NCBI RefSeq assembly: GCF_000012285.1
Contig: NC_007181.1
Location: 510,001-542,000 of the forward strand
DNA length: 32,000 nt
Origin: Sulfolobus acidocaldarius DSM 639
Lineage (GTDB): Archaea > Thermoproteota > Thermoprotei_A > Sulfolobales > Sulfolobaceae
Direction: 5' to 3'
Shown here piece after piece: positions 21,780 through 30,469 of this stretch (positions are counted from its first letter, which is position 1; each line of letters begins with the position of its first letter). Below the pieces are notes generated by a model, which had not been told where the DNA came from, did not search any database, and saw only the letters and a program-made list of their open reading frames with translations. The translations under genes and the position numbers were made by a program.

Positions 21780-22937
21780 TTAATCTCCTGATGGTCCGCT
21801 TTTTTCTTTTGAATATATACTTTCTTTTACCTTATACACATCGCTCTCTTTTTTAAACCTAGACCTCAATTTTTCAAGTATAATTGGCAGAGTTGTATAT
21901 TCCATTTCAGTAGGCTCCAATCTATGAGGCATAAATGGACCATGCCTTCTCATGTAATCTGTTATGGTATTTGCTAATCTTCTAACTTCATCAAAAGCAG
22001 GATCATCAAATAAATCTGATGGACCTACCAACTTTCCATTTTTAACGTTAAAACCTAACCCTATAAGCCTTGGAGGACCATCAAATCTGGTAGCCCTAGC
22101 ATCTCTCTGAGATACTGGAATAAGAGGACCATAGTGACTACCTCTCATCCAACCAGGAACAAGGTGAGGTAGTGTAAATGCCTCTAGAGCTTCACCTAAT
22201 GCAGGCAAACCATGTTGCAATCTAACTATGGTTACCGGATCGTCTTTTCCTACATACTTTCCTGCAATCAAATTTAATCTTTCTATAGATACTACAGCTC
22301 CTAAAAGGTTATCCTCACTTCTATATATTCTTCTAATTACATATCTTGACGGAGTTCCGATTAAGGCTAGTAGATCATAAAGCTCTTGAGGAGCGTTTAA
22401 CACAACTGCTTCTCCCTGATATACATCTAGAACTTCAAATTTGAATCCGTTATGCATAGTCGGATCTATTACAAGACCTGGCGTGTTAAATGGGTCTGCA
22501 AACATTTTATATAGAGGTAAGTTAAAGGCTCCAGGTTCTGTCTTATCTGCCATAAATATAGCTATAGGCTCTGACGGTCTTTCCTCTACTTCTATCTCAG
22601 CTACGCCTGGTCCTAGCCCTCTAACATTTCCTGAGAAGGAGTCTGATAAAAGATCCTGACCAGCTGCGTATAAACCTAACTCCTTTGCAACCTTTGCTGC
22701 TTCTTTAAAAGCGTTCCAAGCAGTTTCATGAACCTTAGTATCCAGTTCTCCTCTAGTATGAGTCATTATGAGCTCTAGGTCATCACCCACGTGAGTTATA
22801 TAATAATCTATAAGTAGACTTTGACTCTTAGCTTCAGCTAGAACTTTACTTGCTGCTGCCATAGTATCTGGATGTACAACATGATGTCCGGCTAAACTAC
22901 CTATATCTGCTTTTATTACACTAATTGTTGTTTTCAT
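21780..22937 (-). CDS. fbp: bifunctional fructose-1,6-bisphosphate aldolase/phosphatase (class V FBPase)
   Basis: MKTTISVIKADIGSLAGHHVVHPD..., with full-length similarity to the archaeal FBP A/P family. Confidence 0.93.
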   Translation of the reverse strand: MKTTISVIKADIGSLAGHHVVHPDTMAAASKVLAEAKSQSLLIDYYITHVGDDLELIMTHTRGELDTKVHETAWNAFKEAAKVAKELGLYAAGQDLLSDSFSGNVRGLGPGVAEIEVEERPSEPIAIFMADKTEPGAFNLPLYKMFADPFNTPGLVIDPTMHNGFKFEVLDVYQGEAVVLNAPQELYDLLALIGTPSRYVIRRIYRSEDNLLGAVVSIERLNLIAGKYVGKDDPVTIVRLQHGLPALGEALEAFTLPHLVPGWMRGSHYGPLIPVSQRDARATRFDGPPRLIGLGFNVKNGKLVGPSDLFDDPAFDEVRRLANTITDYMRRHGPFMPHRLEPTEMEYTTLPIILEKLRSRFKKESDVYKVKESIYSKEKSGPSGD

Positions 22938-22969
22938 TACCCATTTTTTACCTTAAAATAATATAAGTT

Positions 22970-24784
22970 TTATGTAGATTCCTCTTCCCTAGAGATTTTC
23001 ATAGAATAATATTCTCCGGTTTCCTTTTGCAACCTATCAAGATAGCTTCCAAATTTGTTAACTCTGGGTCTTCCGCTATCTGAATCCCTCCTGAATGTAA
23101 TGCCCAATTCTTTTAGGAATTGGTTCATTCCCGTTGCTAAGCTTTGAGGAGATCTAGCTATTCCCTTAGATCCAGGAACACCAGAAAATACCATAATTCT
23201 ATCAGCTATATAGTCATGAATTGCTAAATCATGATCTACAACAAATGTAACACTTTTCCTCTCTCTACTAACTCGTTTTATTGCTTTAGCAACTATATAC
23301 CTTTCCTCCACATCCAAATATGAAGACGGTTCATCAATAACATATATGTCAGCCTCTTTTGCCAAAGCTCCTGCTACATATAATTTTTGCAACTCCCCTC
23401 CACTTAGATCCCTTACATTTGACTCTAATATTCTGTGTAAATTTAATCTCTTTATGACCTCTTCAAAGAACCAAGATGACGAGGACAAAATATCCTTTCT
23501 TACGTTTTCTAGGTATTCCTGAACAGTACCTTCATAATTAGGAGCTAGTCTCTGAGGCTTATAAGATAACGTTAAACCTTCAGTTAGTACATTACCATGA
23601 TCAGGAGTTATTTCAGAAACTAATATTCTCATAAAAGTCGTTTTACCTATTCCATTAGGTCCTACTATACCTATAATCTCCCCCTCTCTTGCATTTCCTT
23701 CCTCAATACTTAACGAGAATCCATTTAGTTGTTTTTCCATTGCCGTCCAAATAACTTTTGTAACTGCATGTGGGTTGAGATCTAATTCAGTTAACTCACG
23801 TAAATTAAATTTAATTGCATCTGATCTAATTTGAATATTTTCTGCAGGTAAATAACCATGTAAAAAGTTATTTATCCCAACCCTGGAACTATAGCTTTTT
23901 GATACTCTACCATATACTGAGCTTTTACCATATATTATATGAATGACATCCGCCAAATAATCTAGGACTATTAAATCGTGCTCAACAACTATAGTGTATC
24001 TTCCTTTAGTTAACTCTCTTATTGCTATAGCTAAATTTATTCTCTCCCTAATATCCAAATATGAGGAAGGTTCATCAAACAGATATACGTCAGCATCTCT
24101 CAATAATGAAGCTGAAACCAAAAGTTTTTGAAGTTCTCCACCACTTAGGACACTTACGTCCTTTTCCCAAAAAGGTGTTAAGTTTAGCATTGACTTTACT
24201 TCATCAATTTTTCCTCTTTGATCTACTTTAGTCAACAGATCTTTCACACTTCCCTTTAGATACTTGCTAGCATATTCCACGTATTGTATTTTATGCACTA
24301 CTTTCAGTTTATTATTATACAATGATTGAAAATAATTATAAATTTCCTTTCCCTTAAACCTATCCAATACTTGATCTTTAGTTAATACCTCTTGTGGATT
24401 TCCAAAGTTAGGTATTAACTCCCCGCTTAATATCCTCAAAATAGTAGACTTACCTGTACTATTTTTACCTAATATCCCAATTATACTTCCTTTTTTAGGC
24501 GTTATCATACCAAATAACTTAAATCCATTTACCTTGTATCTATGCGTTTCATCTTTCCCATACTCGTCGGGTAGGTTTACGATATCTATGGCATCGAATG
24601 GACATTTCTTAATACATATTCCGCAACCAATACATGTCTCCTCATAAATAATTGGTTTACCTTTCACTATCTCTGATAACTCAATGGCTTTGCTACCTGA
24701 TTTATTAATAGGGCAAAAAGCTATACATTCTAGTCTGCATTTATCAGGTTTACAATAATCATAATTTATTACAGCAACTCTCAC
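22970..24784 (-). CDS. abce1: ABCE1 (RNase L inhibitor homologue, ribosome recycling factor)
   Basis: N-terminal double 4Fe-4S domain (CKPDKC...CPINK; CIGCGICIKKCPFDAI). Two ABC cassettes (GKNSTGKST / GPNGIGKTT), each with an LSGGELQK signature. GTG start, with TATA-like CTATAAATAT about 29 nt upstream. Confidence 0.95.
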   Translation of the reverse strand: MRVAVINYDYCKPDKCRLECIAFCPINKSGSKAIELSEIVKGKPIIYEETCIGCGICIKKCPFDAIDIVNLPDEYGKDETHRYKVNGFKLFGMITPKKGSIIGILGKNSTGKSTILRILSGELIPNFGNPQEVLTKDQVLDRFKGKEIYNYFQSLYNNKLKVVHKIQYVEYASKYLKGSVKDLLTKVDQRGKIDEVKSMLNLTPFWEKDVSVLSGGELQKLLVSASLLRDADVYLFDEPSSYLDIRERINLAIAIRELTKGRYTIVVEHDLIVLDYLADVIHIIYGKSSVYGRVSKSYSSRVGINNFLHGYLPAENIQIRSDAIKFNLRELTELDLNPHAVTKVIWTAMEKQLNGFSLSIEEGNAREGEIIGIVGPNGIGKTTFMRILVSEITPDHGNVLTEGLTLSYKPQRLAPNYEGTVQEYLENVRKDILSSSSWFFEEVIKRLNLHRILESNVRDLSGGELQKLYVAGALAKEADIYVIDEPSSYLDVEERYIVAKAIKRVSRERKSVTFVVDHDLAIHDYIADRIMVFSGVPGSKGIARSPQSLATGMNQFLKELGITFRRDSDSGRPRVNKFGSYLDRLQKETGEYYSMKISREEEST

Positions 24785-24833
24785 AGGTTCATCACGCTTT
24801 AGTAAAAATATTTATAGCTTAAAAAATCTTAAA

Positions 24834-24938
24834 TTACCATTCTTCTTCCCAATCTTCCTCTTCTTCCCAATCTTCCTCTTCCTCGAACTCCTCAAATTCC
24901 TCTTCCCAATCCTCCTCAAATACCAAAACATCCACCAC
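24834..24938 (-). CDS. candidate micro-ORF, 34 codons, hyper-acidic with Trp/Phe: (M/V)VDVLVFEEDWEEEFEEFEEEEDWEEEEDWEEEW
   Basis: Hand translation of the minus strand. GTG 24938 (or GTG 24935) runs to TAA 24836-24834, with an in-frame TAG three codons upstream. A good TATA box lies at leaderless distance (next feature but one). The ORF is too short for the supplied track. Confidence 0.4.
   Translation of the reverse strand: MVDVLVFEEDWEEEFEEFEEEEDWEEEEDWEEEW
24841..24876. repeat. perfect 18-bp tandem duplication (TCTTCTTCCCAATCTTCC x2) plus a degenerate third unit
   Basis: 24841-24858 equals 24859-24876 exactly. On the minus strand each unit encodes six in-frame codons of the EEDWEE-type repeat. 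A related TTCCTCTTCCCAATCCTCC lies at 24897-24915. Confidence 0.9.
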
Positions 24939-24959
24939 ATCAAGACACTATTATATTAC

Positions 24960-24967
24960 TTATAAAA
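24960..24967 (-). promoter_or_regulatory. TATA box upstream of the acidic micro-ORF
   Basis: Minus-strand TTTTATAA is centred about 25 nt upstream of GTG 24938. Confidence 0.45.
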
Positions 24968-25144
24968 TTAACCTGCTAAAAACCAATTACGAATATAATG
25001 CTAATATATAGATGTATGTTCATACTAATAAAATTAAAACATTCACGTTGCAAACTGATATTTGATAAGAAACCATATAATAGTATTAAGGTTCTCTTAA
25101 CACTTTATTATTTATCGTGATTATAAGCAATTTTTAGACTAAGG

Positions 25145-25153
25145 TTATATATT
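25145..25153 (+). promoter_or_regulatory. TATA-like box for tRNA-Arg
   Basis: TTATATATT is centred about 31 nt upstream of the tRNA 5' end. Confidence 0.5.
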
Positions 25154-25179
25154 CATAATATACTTAGATGAATTTAGAT

Positions 25180-25285
<106 letters not shown>

Positions 25286-25611
25286 CTATATCAATTTAAT
25301 ATAAATTTCAATTGTCCGGATTAAATGATTAATATAAATTTCCTACCTCACCACTCATATTATATATGTACAAACCTTTAACGTTCCTCATATTTATAAT
25401 GAACAAATAAACTAATGTTGTACTCTAAAGTTGCACTTTAACTATAAGTTTTGATTTCATATTTATTATCACTATGAATCATGAAAATTTTTAGAAGTTT
25501 ACTAAGAAACTATAAGAAGGATAGGATATTCTACCAAGAAAACTATATTTTAAAAACCTTTGTGAAAATGAGAAAAAATTAGGTTAGAAAAAATAAAAGT
25601 TCTAAAATATC

Positions 25612-26928
25612 TCACTCTTCTTCAAGTTCAATTCTTACTGTTTCTTTAGTTAATGAAATAACTATAGCAGAGATTACTCCATAAATAAATACCATCAGTG
25701 CTATGTAAGGCCATGCGAGTAGATAATTATTATTAAATAGTGCGTAAATGTAACTTGCTATCACTGGTGCTAATCCTCCAGAAATAGGAGTAGATAAATG
25801 GTAGCTAAATGATGAACCGGAGTATCTGTATCTTGTAGGAAATTGCTCAGAGAAGAACGCAGAGTATACTGCATAACCTAAGTATCCGGTTGATATTAAT
25901 ATTGATCCTAAAAACATTAATCCGATATCTTTAGTATTCAGTAACATAAAAAATACAAAGATTAATATACTCGATACTAATGTCGAGATAATAATAACTG
26001 GTTTCCTTCCTACTCTATCAGCAAGGATAGCACCGAGAATAATTAGGAACATTCCCATTATACTCGCAATTAATATTAATTCTTGCGGAAAAGATTGAGG
26101 AAATCCTAAGGCAATGATATAATATTGAACGAAACTTATAATTACGTAAAATAAAGCATTATTATAAGCCCAGCCTAATGCTAGTAGTAGAACAGTTCTC
26201 CATTCATTCTTTATAAGCCTAGCAAAAGGAATATTTAAAATAGCTCTTTTCTGAATAATTTTTTTGAACACAGGACTCTCTAACACTCTATATCTAATCA
26301 ATGCACCAATCAGTAAGATCGCTGCGCCTATATAATAAGCGATTCTCCATCCCCAATCAAAAAATGCTTTACCAGGAAAACTGACTTGTAATGCTATGAA
26401 TGCGACGCTAGCAGCTATAATCCCTAATGGAACGCCTTGCTGAACCCAGCTAGCCCAGAAAGCCCTATATTTACTTTTTGCAGCATATTCAGTCACTATT
26501 GTTGAAGCTCCGCCCCATTCTCCACCAACAGCTAAGCCCTGCAATAATCTAAATATTATCAATAAGATTGGTGCAAAGATACCTATTCCTGGCCACGAAC
26601 CTGTTGACAAATAAGGTGGAGTTAGACCTATACCTAGAGTACCTAGACCCATTAAAAGCAAAGTATATACAAGAGTTTCTTTTCTACCTCTTTTATCACC
26701 TATATTTCCAAAAATTATTGCACCGATTGGTCTATCTAAAAAACCGGTACTGAATATTAATAAAGAGTATAAAAGAGCTACACCAACATTTTGAGAATTA
26801 AAATAAATATATGGCCAAACTGTTGAGGCAGCAGTTGCAGATATGAAAAAATCATACCATTCTATCGTTGTGCCTATAGTACTTAAAGTAGCCACTTTTA
26901 TTATATCTGATCTAGTGTATCCCTCCAC
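25612..26928 (-). CDS. MFS transporter, metabolite:H+ symporter (MHS/ProP-like) family
   Basis: 12 predicted TM segments. N-terminal GTTIEWYDFF and loop 2-3 GNIGDKRGRKETL are MHS hallmarks. GTG start, with TATA-like TTTATAAAG about 27 nt upstream. Confidence 0.8.
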   Translation of the reverse strand: MEGYTRSDIIKVATLSTIGTTIEWYDFFISATAASTVWPYIYFNSQNVGVALLYSLLIFSTGFLDRPIGAIIFGNIGDKRGRKETLVYTLLLMGLGTLGIGLTPPYLSTGSWPGIGIFAPILLIIFRLLQGLAVGGEWGGASTIVTEYAAKSKYRAFWASWVQQGVPLGIIAASVAFIALQVSFPGKAFFDWGWRIAYYIGAAILLIGALIRYRVLESPVFKKIIQKRAILNIPFARLIKNEWRTVLLLALGWAYNNALFYVIISFVQYYIIALGFPQSFPQELILIASIMGMFLIILGAILADRVGRKPVIIISTLVSSILIFVFFMLLNTKDIGLMFLGSILISTGYLGYAVYSAFFSEQFPTRYRYSGSSFSYHLSTPISGGLAPVIASYIYALFNNNYLLAWPYIALMVFIYGVISAIVISLTKETVRIELEEE

Positions 26929-27675
26929 ATAATACTTAACGTTTTGACTCTTTATAAATTTTAATTAATATTACTATTTTAACATTATATAAATTCTATG
27001 AATAACGTTTTAAAGATTAAAGATAAAAGTTTTAGCAAAATATAGTTTTATTAACTAAGAAACAGTATTTAAGCTCTGTATATCGATATATCTAAAATTC
27101 CGTTAAATTCATATGATATTAATAAATATTTTAGCACAAATATAAGTTAGAAAAAGAGAATGATAGACAGTACTAATAGGAATTTTTAAATTAAATAGTT
27201 GTTTTTAATTTATAAATTATTTTCCTAACTTATTGTAACGTTTTATGTTTACTAACTTAAAGTCAAACTATCAGATAAAGTGTGGTTTTACCATAGATTC
27301 TTTAGCCAGCATTTTTAGCCTATTGCCCTTTCTCGCTTAACGCCAATCGCTCTCTTTAGCCTACTCGCCGTTAAAAGACATTTAATATAACGCTAACGAT
27401 TTTTTGCTTTAGACTCGTAAAAACCCCCTTGAATACACGCCCAAATGCCTACCTTTTGACTATACACTTAGATTCCCAGAATCCCAGTAAGTCTATATCA
27501 TAATATAGGATCCTTTTCTCAGCTCAGTCTGACCCCTAAAGCCTGACCTTCTTCTCTTGTTTTTTAGTCACCAGTGTCTAAATTTGCCACTTTTTATCTC
27601 ACTAGTTTAGTAAAAGCTAATCGTCAGACCCCCAGAGCGCCGGTGAAAAGAAAAACAATAAACGCAGCTTTTCTA

Positions 27676-29004
27676 CTATTTTTCCTCTTCCCAAAGTCTT
27701 GGAGCGTATTTCTCATAAGTTTGCCTTAATTCCTCTTCAGATATAACAAAGTAGTGATCTTATAGGATCCTAAACTGTTGTGGTGGGACTCTACCCTGCA
27801 TTATATTTACTATCATAGGCGAGACACCATTCTTGATCATGTATGAGGCAAAGAAAGAGCGTAAGTCGTATAGCCTGAACTCTTTGCCTAGTACTTTCTT
27901 CATAGCCTTTTTAATCTCAAACCTGAGTGAGTATCCATTAAACGGAAAGAACTTGTTTAGCCAAGACGTGACGTCAATTCCTAGATCTGGGTTTGCCTCA
28001 GCTAACTTCTTCACGCTCTCTTAATAACGCGATACGAAATTGCCACGATATGGCAAATACACCTCTTTCAACCACTTAGCAGTGTTTTCGTGTAAGAATG
28101 TTACGTAAGCGCGTTTAGTTTCACTCTCTTTCATCAACTTAATCACTCTGTGTTCTAAGTCGACTTGGTCTAGTGTAAGCGAAAGCACTTCACCAGTTCT
28201 AAGACCAGTTTCAGCTAAGACTAGGAAGAATGCCTAGGCGCCCAGATCTTCAATACTATAAATTATCTTTTTAAGAAATATCAATAGTTAGATTGATAGG
28301 CTTATACTTAGGTTTCTGCTTAGGTATTTTGAACGAGTCATAGAGTATTCTAGCTAAGTTAATATCCTTTAGCTTAATCACTTCTTTAATGAAAAGTTTG
28401 AGGGCTTTTGCATTATGCCTAGCCCTACCTAAGTTTTATGCGGAAAGGTCTAGAATGTACTCTTTTAGGCCTTCAGGAGTTAGTGTGTAGTTTAGGTCAG
28501 CCAAGGCATGGCTTAAGTAATTTATATGCCTTTTCCAAGTATCCCTAGCCCTTAGTCTCTTTCAATATCTTTTCAAAGAGCCGAATGTCATCTTGTGTGC
28601 AATATATTCCTTCACCGTTTCCTTCACTAAGTCACCAAAGTACTTGTGCAAGAAGAATAAGAAGATATTGAGAAAGCTAGGGTCTTTTGACGCTTTCATT
28701 ATTACCCTCAAAATATCTGAAGGGGAACATCAGTATAGTTTATGCCATGAACGATCTTTACAACTTCATCAACTGGTAACGCCTTCATTACCTCTGTGAC
28801 GACTTCATCATGGGGCTCAATCTCTTTCCCCCTTTTATCATAGCCCCTAACATACAAGTACAATTGTTTCTTACTCCTATTAGTAATTTGAGTAAGCTTT
28901 GGGTAACCTAGAAGTTCTACTGCTCTCTTGAGTAGTTGTCTCTTTTGTTCCGTTGTCAGTTCTACACTATATATTATCAACTTCTGATATATACCCGTTA
29001 CCAA
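27676..29004 (-). pseudogene. decayed large tyrosine recombinase (integrase), about 440 codons in at least four frame segments
   Basis: Hand translation of the minus strand gives four segments. Segment 1 is track ORF 28708..29004. Segment 2, after a frame shift, is RVIMKASKDPSFLNIF...KEYIAHKMTFGSLKRY*KRLRARDTWKRHINYLSHALADLNYTLTPEGLKEYILDLSA*NLGRARHNAKALKLFIKEV...NLTIDIS*. Segment 3 is *AFFLVLAETGLRTGEVLSLTLDQVDLEHRVIKL...FVSRY* (box I, ETGLRxGE). Segment 4 is ESVKKLAEANP...RLYDLRSFFASYMIKNGVSPMIVNIMQGRVPPQQFRIL*DHYFVISEEEL... (box II with the catalytic Tyr region). There are several in-frame stops and frame changes. Confidence 0.8.
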
Positions 29005-29074
29005 CTTTTCTCTCAGCCTTTACTCGCGTAAAGTTCTATGACTAGAGAAATCCTTTCAATTCATGTAAAAATAG

Positions 29075-29139
29075 TGCAGCGGCCTGGATTTGAAACTAAG
29101 AACCTCCCCTCCTCAGTGTCAAGAAAGGGAGAGATATAA
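29075..29139 (+). mobile_element. orphan tRNA 3'-end fragment (att-like) followed by a short integrase-like reading frame
   Basis: 29075-29094 TGCAGCGGCCTGGATTTGAA is the reverse complement of a tRNA T-loop, 3' T-stem, 3' acceptor and A73. No 5' half is present. On the + strand from 29077 it reads QRPGFETKNLPSSVSRKGEI-stop, which recalls ...PPGFEPGTSGSGGGKEG... across SSV1 attP. Confidence 0.5.
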
Positions 29140-29318
29140 TCAAGTTAAAGAAGAATGTAGAAGAGCCGGAGCTGATAAAGGTTCTAATAAATGTCGACAA
29201 TAGATTAAGTAAGGCCTATAACATAAACATGGATGAGGTTATTGTAATGAAGGAAAAAGCAAGTTAGGAAATATAATTTACCTATTAGCTCACTCTCATA
29301 TAACACTTGAGACGCAAA

Positions 29319-30464
29319 TCAGCCCGGCTTATCCTCTAAGACTGTTTTCTCTTTTAAGAAATAAATTATCCATACTGCCAAGTTAATCACACTAAATAGG
29401 CTTAAGGTGAAGACGTTGAATTCAGGGAATAAGAGAACAGCGAAACTGTTAGCAATCAACGTAGACATATCCGTAATCGTAGTTAGGATACCACTTTCTA
29501 GAACTGGGTATTCAGATCTTGACATTATTTTAGCTATCATAGCGGGCCAGACCAACGAGTTTCCCACTTGAGAAAGTACGCCGTAAATAACCAATAGGTA
29601 CAACTGAGGAGTTATGGGGAATAAAAATTCTGTCAGCGTAGAAACAGTCATGCCAAAGACTATACCAATAAATGCTTTACTTTTAGGAAAGTATAATGGG
29701 ACTATAGAGCCTAATACGTTAGCGAGTATAAAAGATATACTAAACCAACCCACTGCATTTATGTTATTAAAAATAAGTGGTTCCATGAGTCCACCCATTG
29801 TAGCTAAAGACATGCTAAACATGAATGAGAGAAGAAGTAGGGGAGAGAAATTTGTGAATACTCTTTTTATTTCTAGAATATTAGGCTTGTTAATCCTAGC
29901 ATTTCTAGTATGTAAAGTAAATATTATAGGGATAGAAATTAACCAAATTGTTGCTGAAGCAAGAAACAGGAAATGTATACTATTTAAGAAAAAGAGGATT
30001 AGTATTGATACTACACTTCCTACTACATAACCTGTAAATTTGGATGAAATAAAAACATTAGCTCTCTGATATCTAGAAAAGATAGTAGGCTCTGAGTAAG
30101 AGAAAAAGATAGCGTTCAAGAAAAGCAGGAGAGAAGTAGCTACTGCATTTATGGTGGCTATTACCACAATAACAAGAAGATTAGGAGGAAGTAATTTGTA
30201 GAAAAGGATTAGTGAGAAGACTACTTGATAAGCAAAGGCTAGACTGACCATTAATTTAGGTTTATTCTTTAGTAACTCGGCTGCAAAAGGGGAAATTATT
30301 GCCCTAAGTGTTACATTTATGGTGGAAAATAAAAACGCGTATTCTGCATCGTTTAAATAATATTCAAAATACACAGGTAAATAAAAATACTGGGCTGATG
30401 CTGAATTTACGAAAAGAAGCAAAAAATAGGAAATGAGATTATCTTTTCTTATCGAATCTTTCAT
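29319..30464 (-). CDS. polytopic membrane protein, MFS-like permease
   Basis: About 380 aa, almost entirely hydrophobic helices (about 10-12 TM). I start at the internal ATG 30464 (MKDSIRKDNLISYFLL...), 5 nt after the upstream stop. The track start at 30533 would overlap the upstream gene by 64 nt. No diagnostic family motif was recognised. Confidence 0.5.
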   Translation of the reverse strand: MKDSIRKDNLISYFLLLFVNSASAQYFYLPVYFEYYLNDAEYAFLFSTINVTLRAIISPFAAELLKNKPKLMVSLAFAYQVVFSLILFYKLLPPNLLVIVVIATINAVATSLLLFLNAIFFSYSEPTIFSRYQRANVFISSKFTGYVVGSVVSILILFFLNSIHFLFLASATIWLISIPIIFTLHTRNARINKPNILEIKRVFTNFSPLLLLSFMFSMSLATMGGLMEPLIFNNINAVGWFSISFILANVLGSIVPLYFPKSKAFIGIVFGMTVSTLTEFLFPITPQLYLLVIYGVLSQVGNSLVWPAMIAKIMSRSEYPVLESGILTTITDMSTLIANSFAVLLFPEFNVFTLSLFSVINLAVWIIYFLKEKTVLEDKPG

Positions 30465-30469
30465 ATCTA

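Noticed and set aside
24837-24975. Plus-strand reading of the repeat region gives a hydrophobic peptide (PFFFPIFLFFPIFLFLELLKFLFPILL...).
   Set aside because: There is no ATG/GTG/TTG between the upstream stop and the repeat, and no promoter-like box in that orientation. The minus-strand acidic ORF has both.
25297-25342. 13-nt direct repeat TAATATAAATTTC (25297-25309 and 25330-25342).
   Set aside because: It is a short, pure A/T repeat in an extremely AT-rich spacer and is plausibly chance or TATA-like sequence. It is not enough to call an element.
27833-28799. Plus-strand ORFs 27833..28024 and 28593..28799.
   Set aside because: They are antisense to the decayed integrase. The recombinase motifs are on the minus strand.
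29614-30030. 138-aa ORF antisense to the MFS-like permease.
   Set aside because: It is a shadow ORF of a hydrophobic-codon-rich gene with no independent signals.
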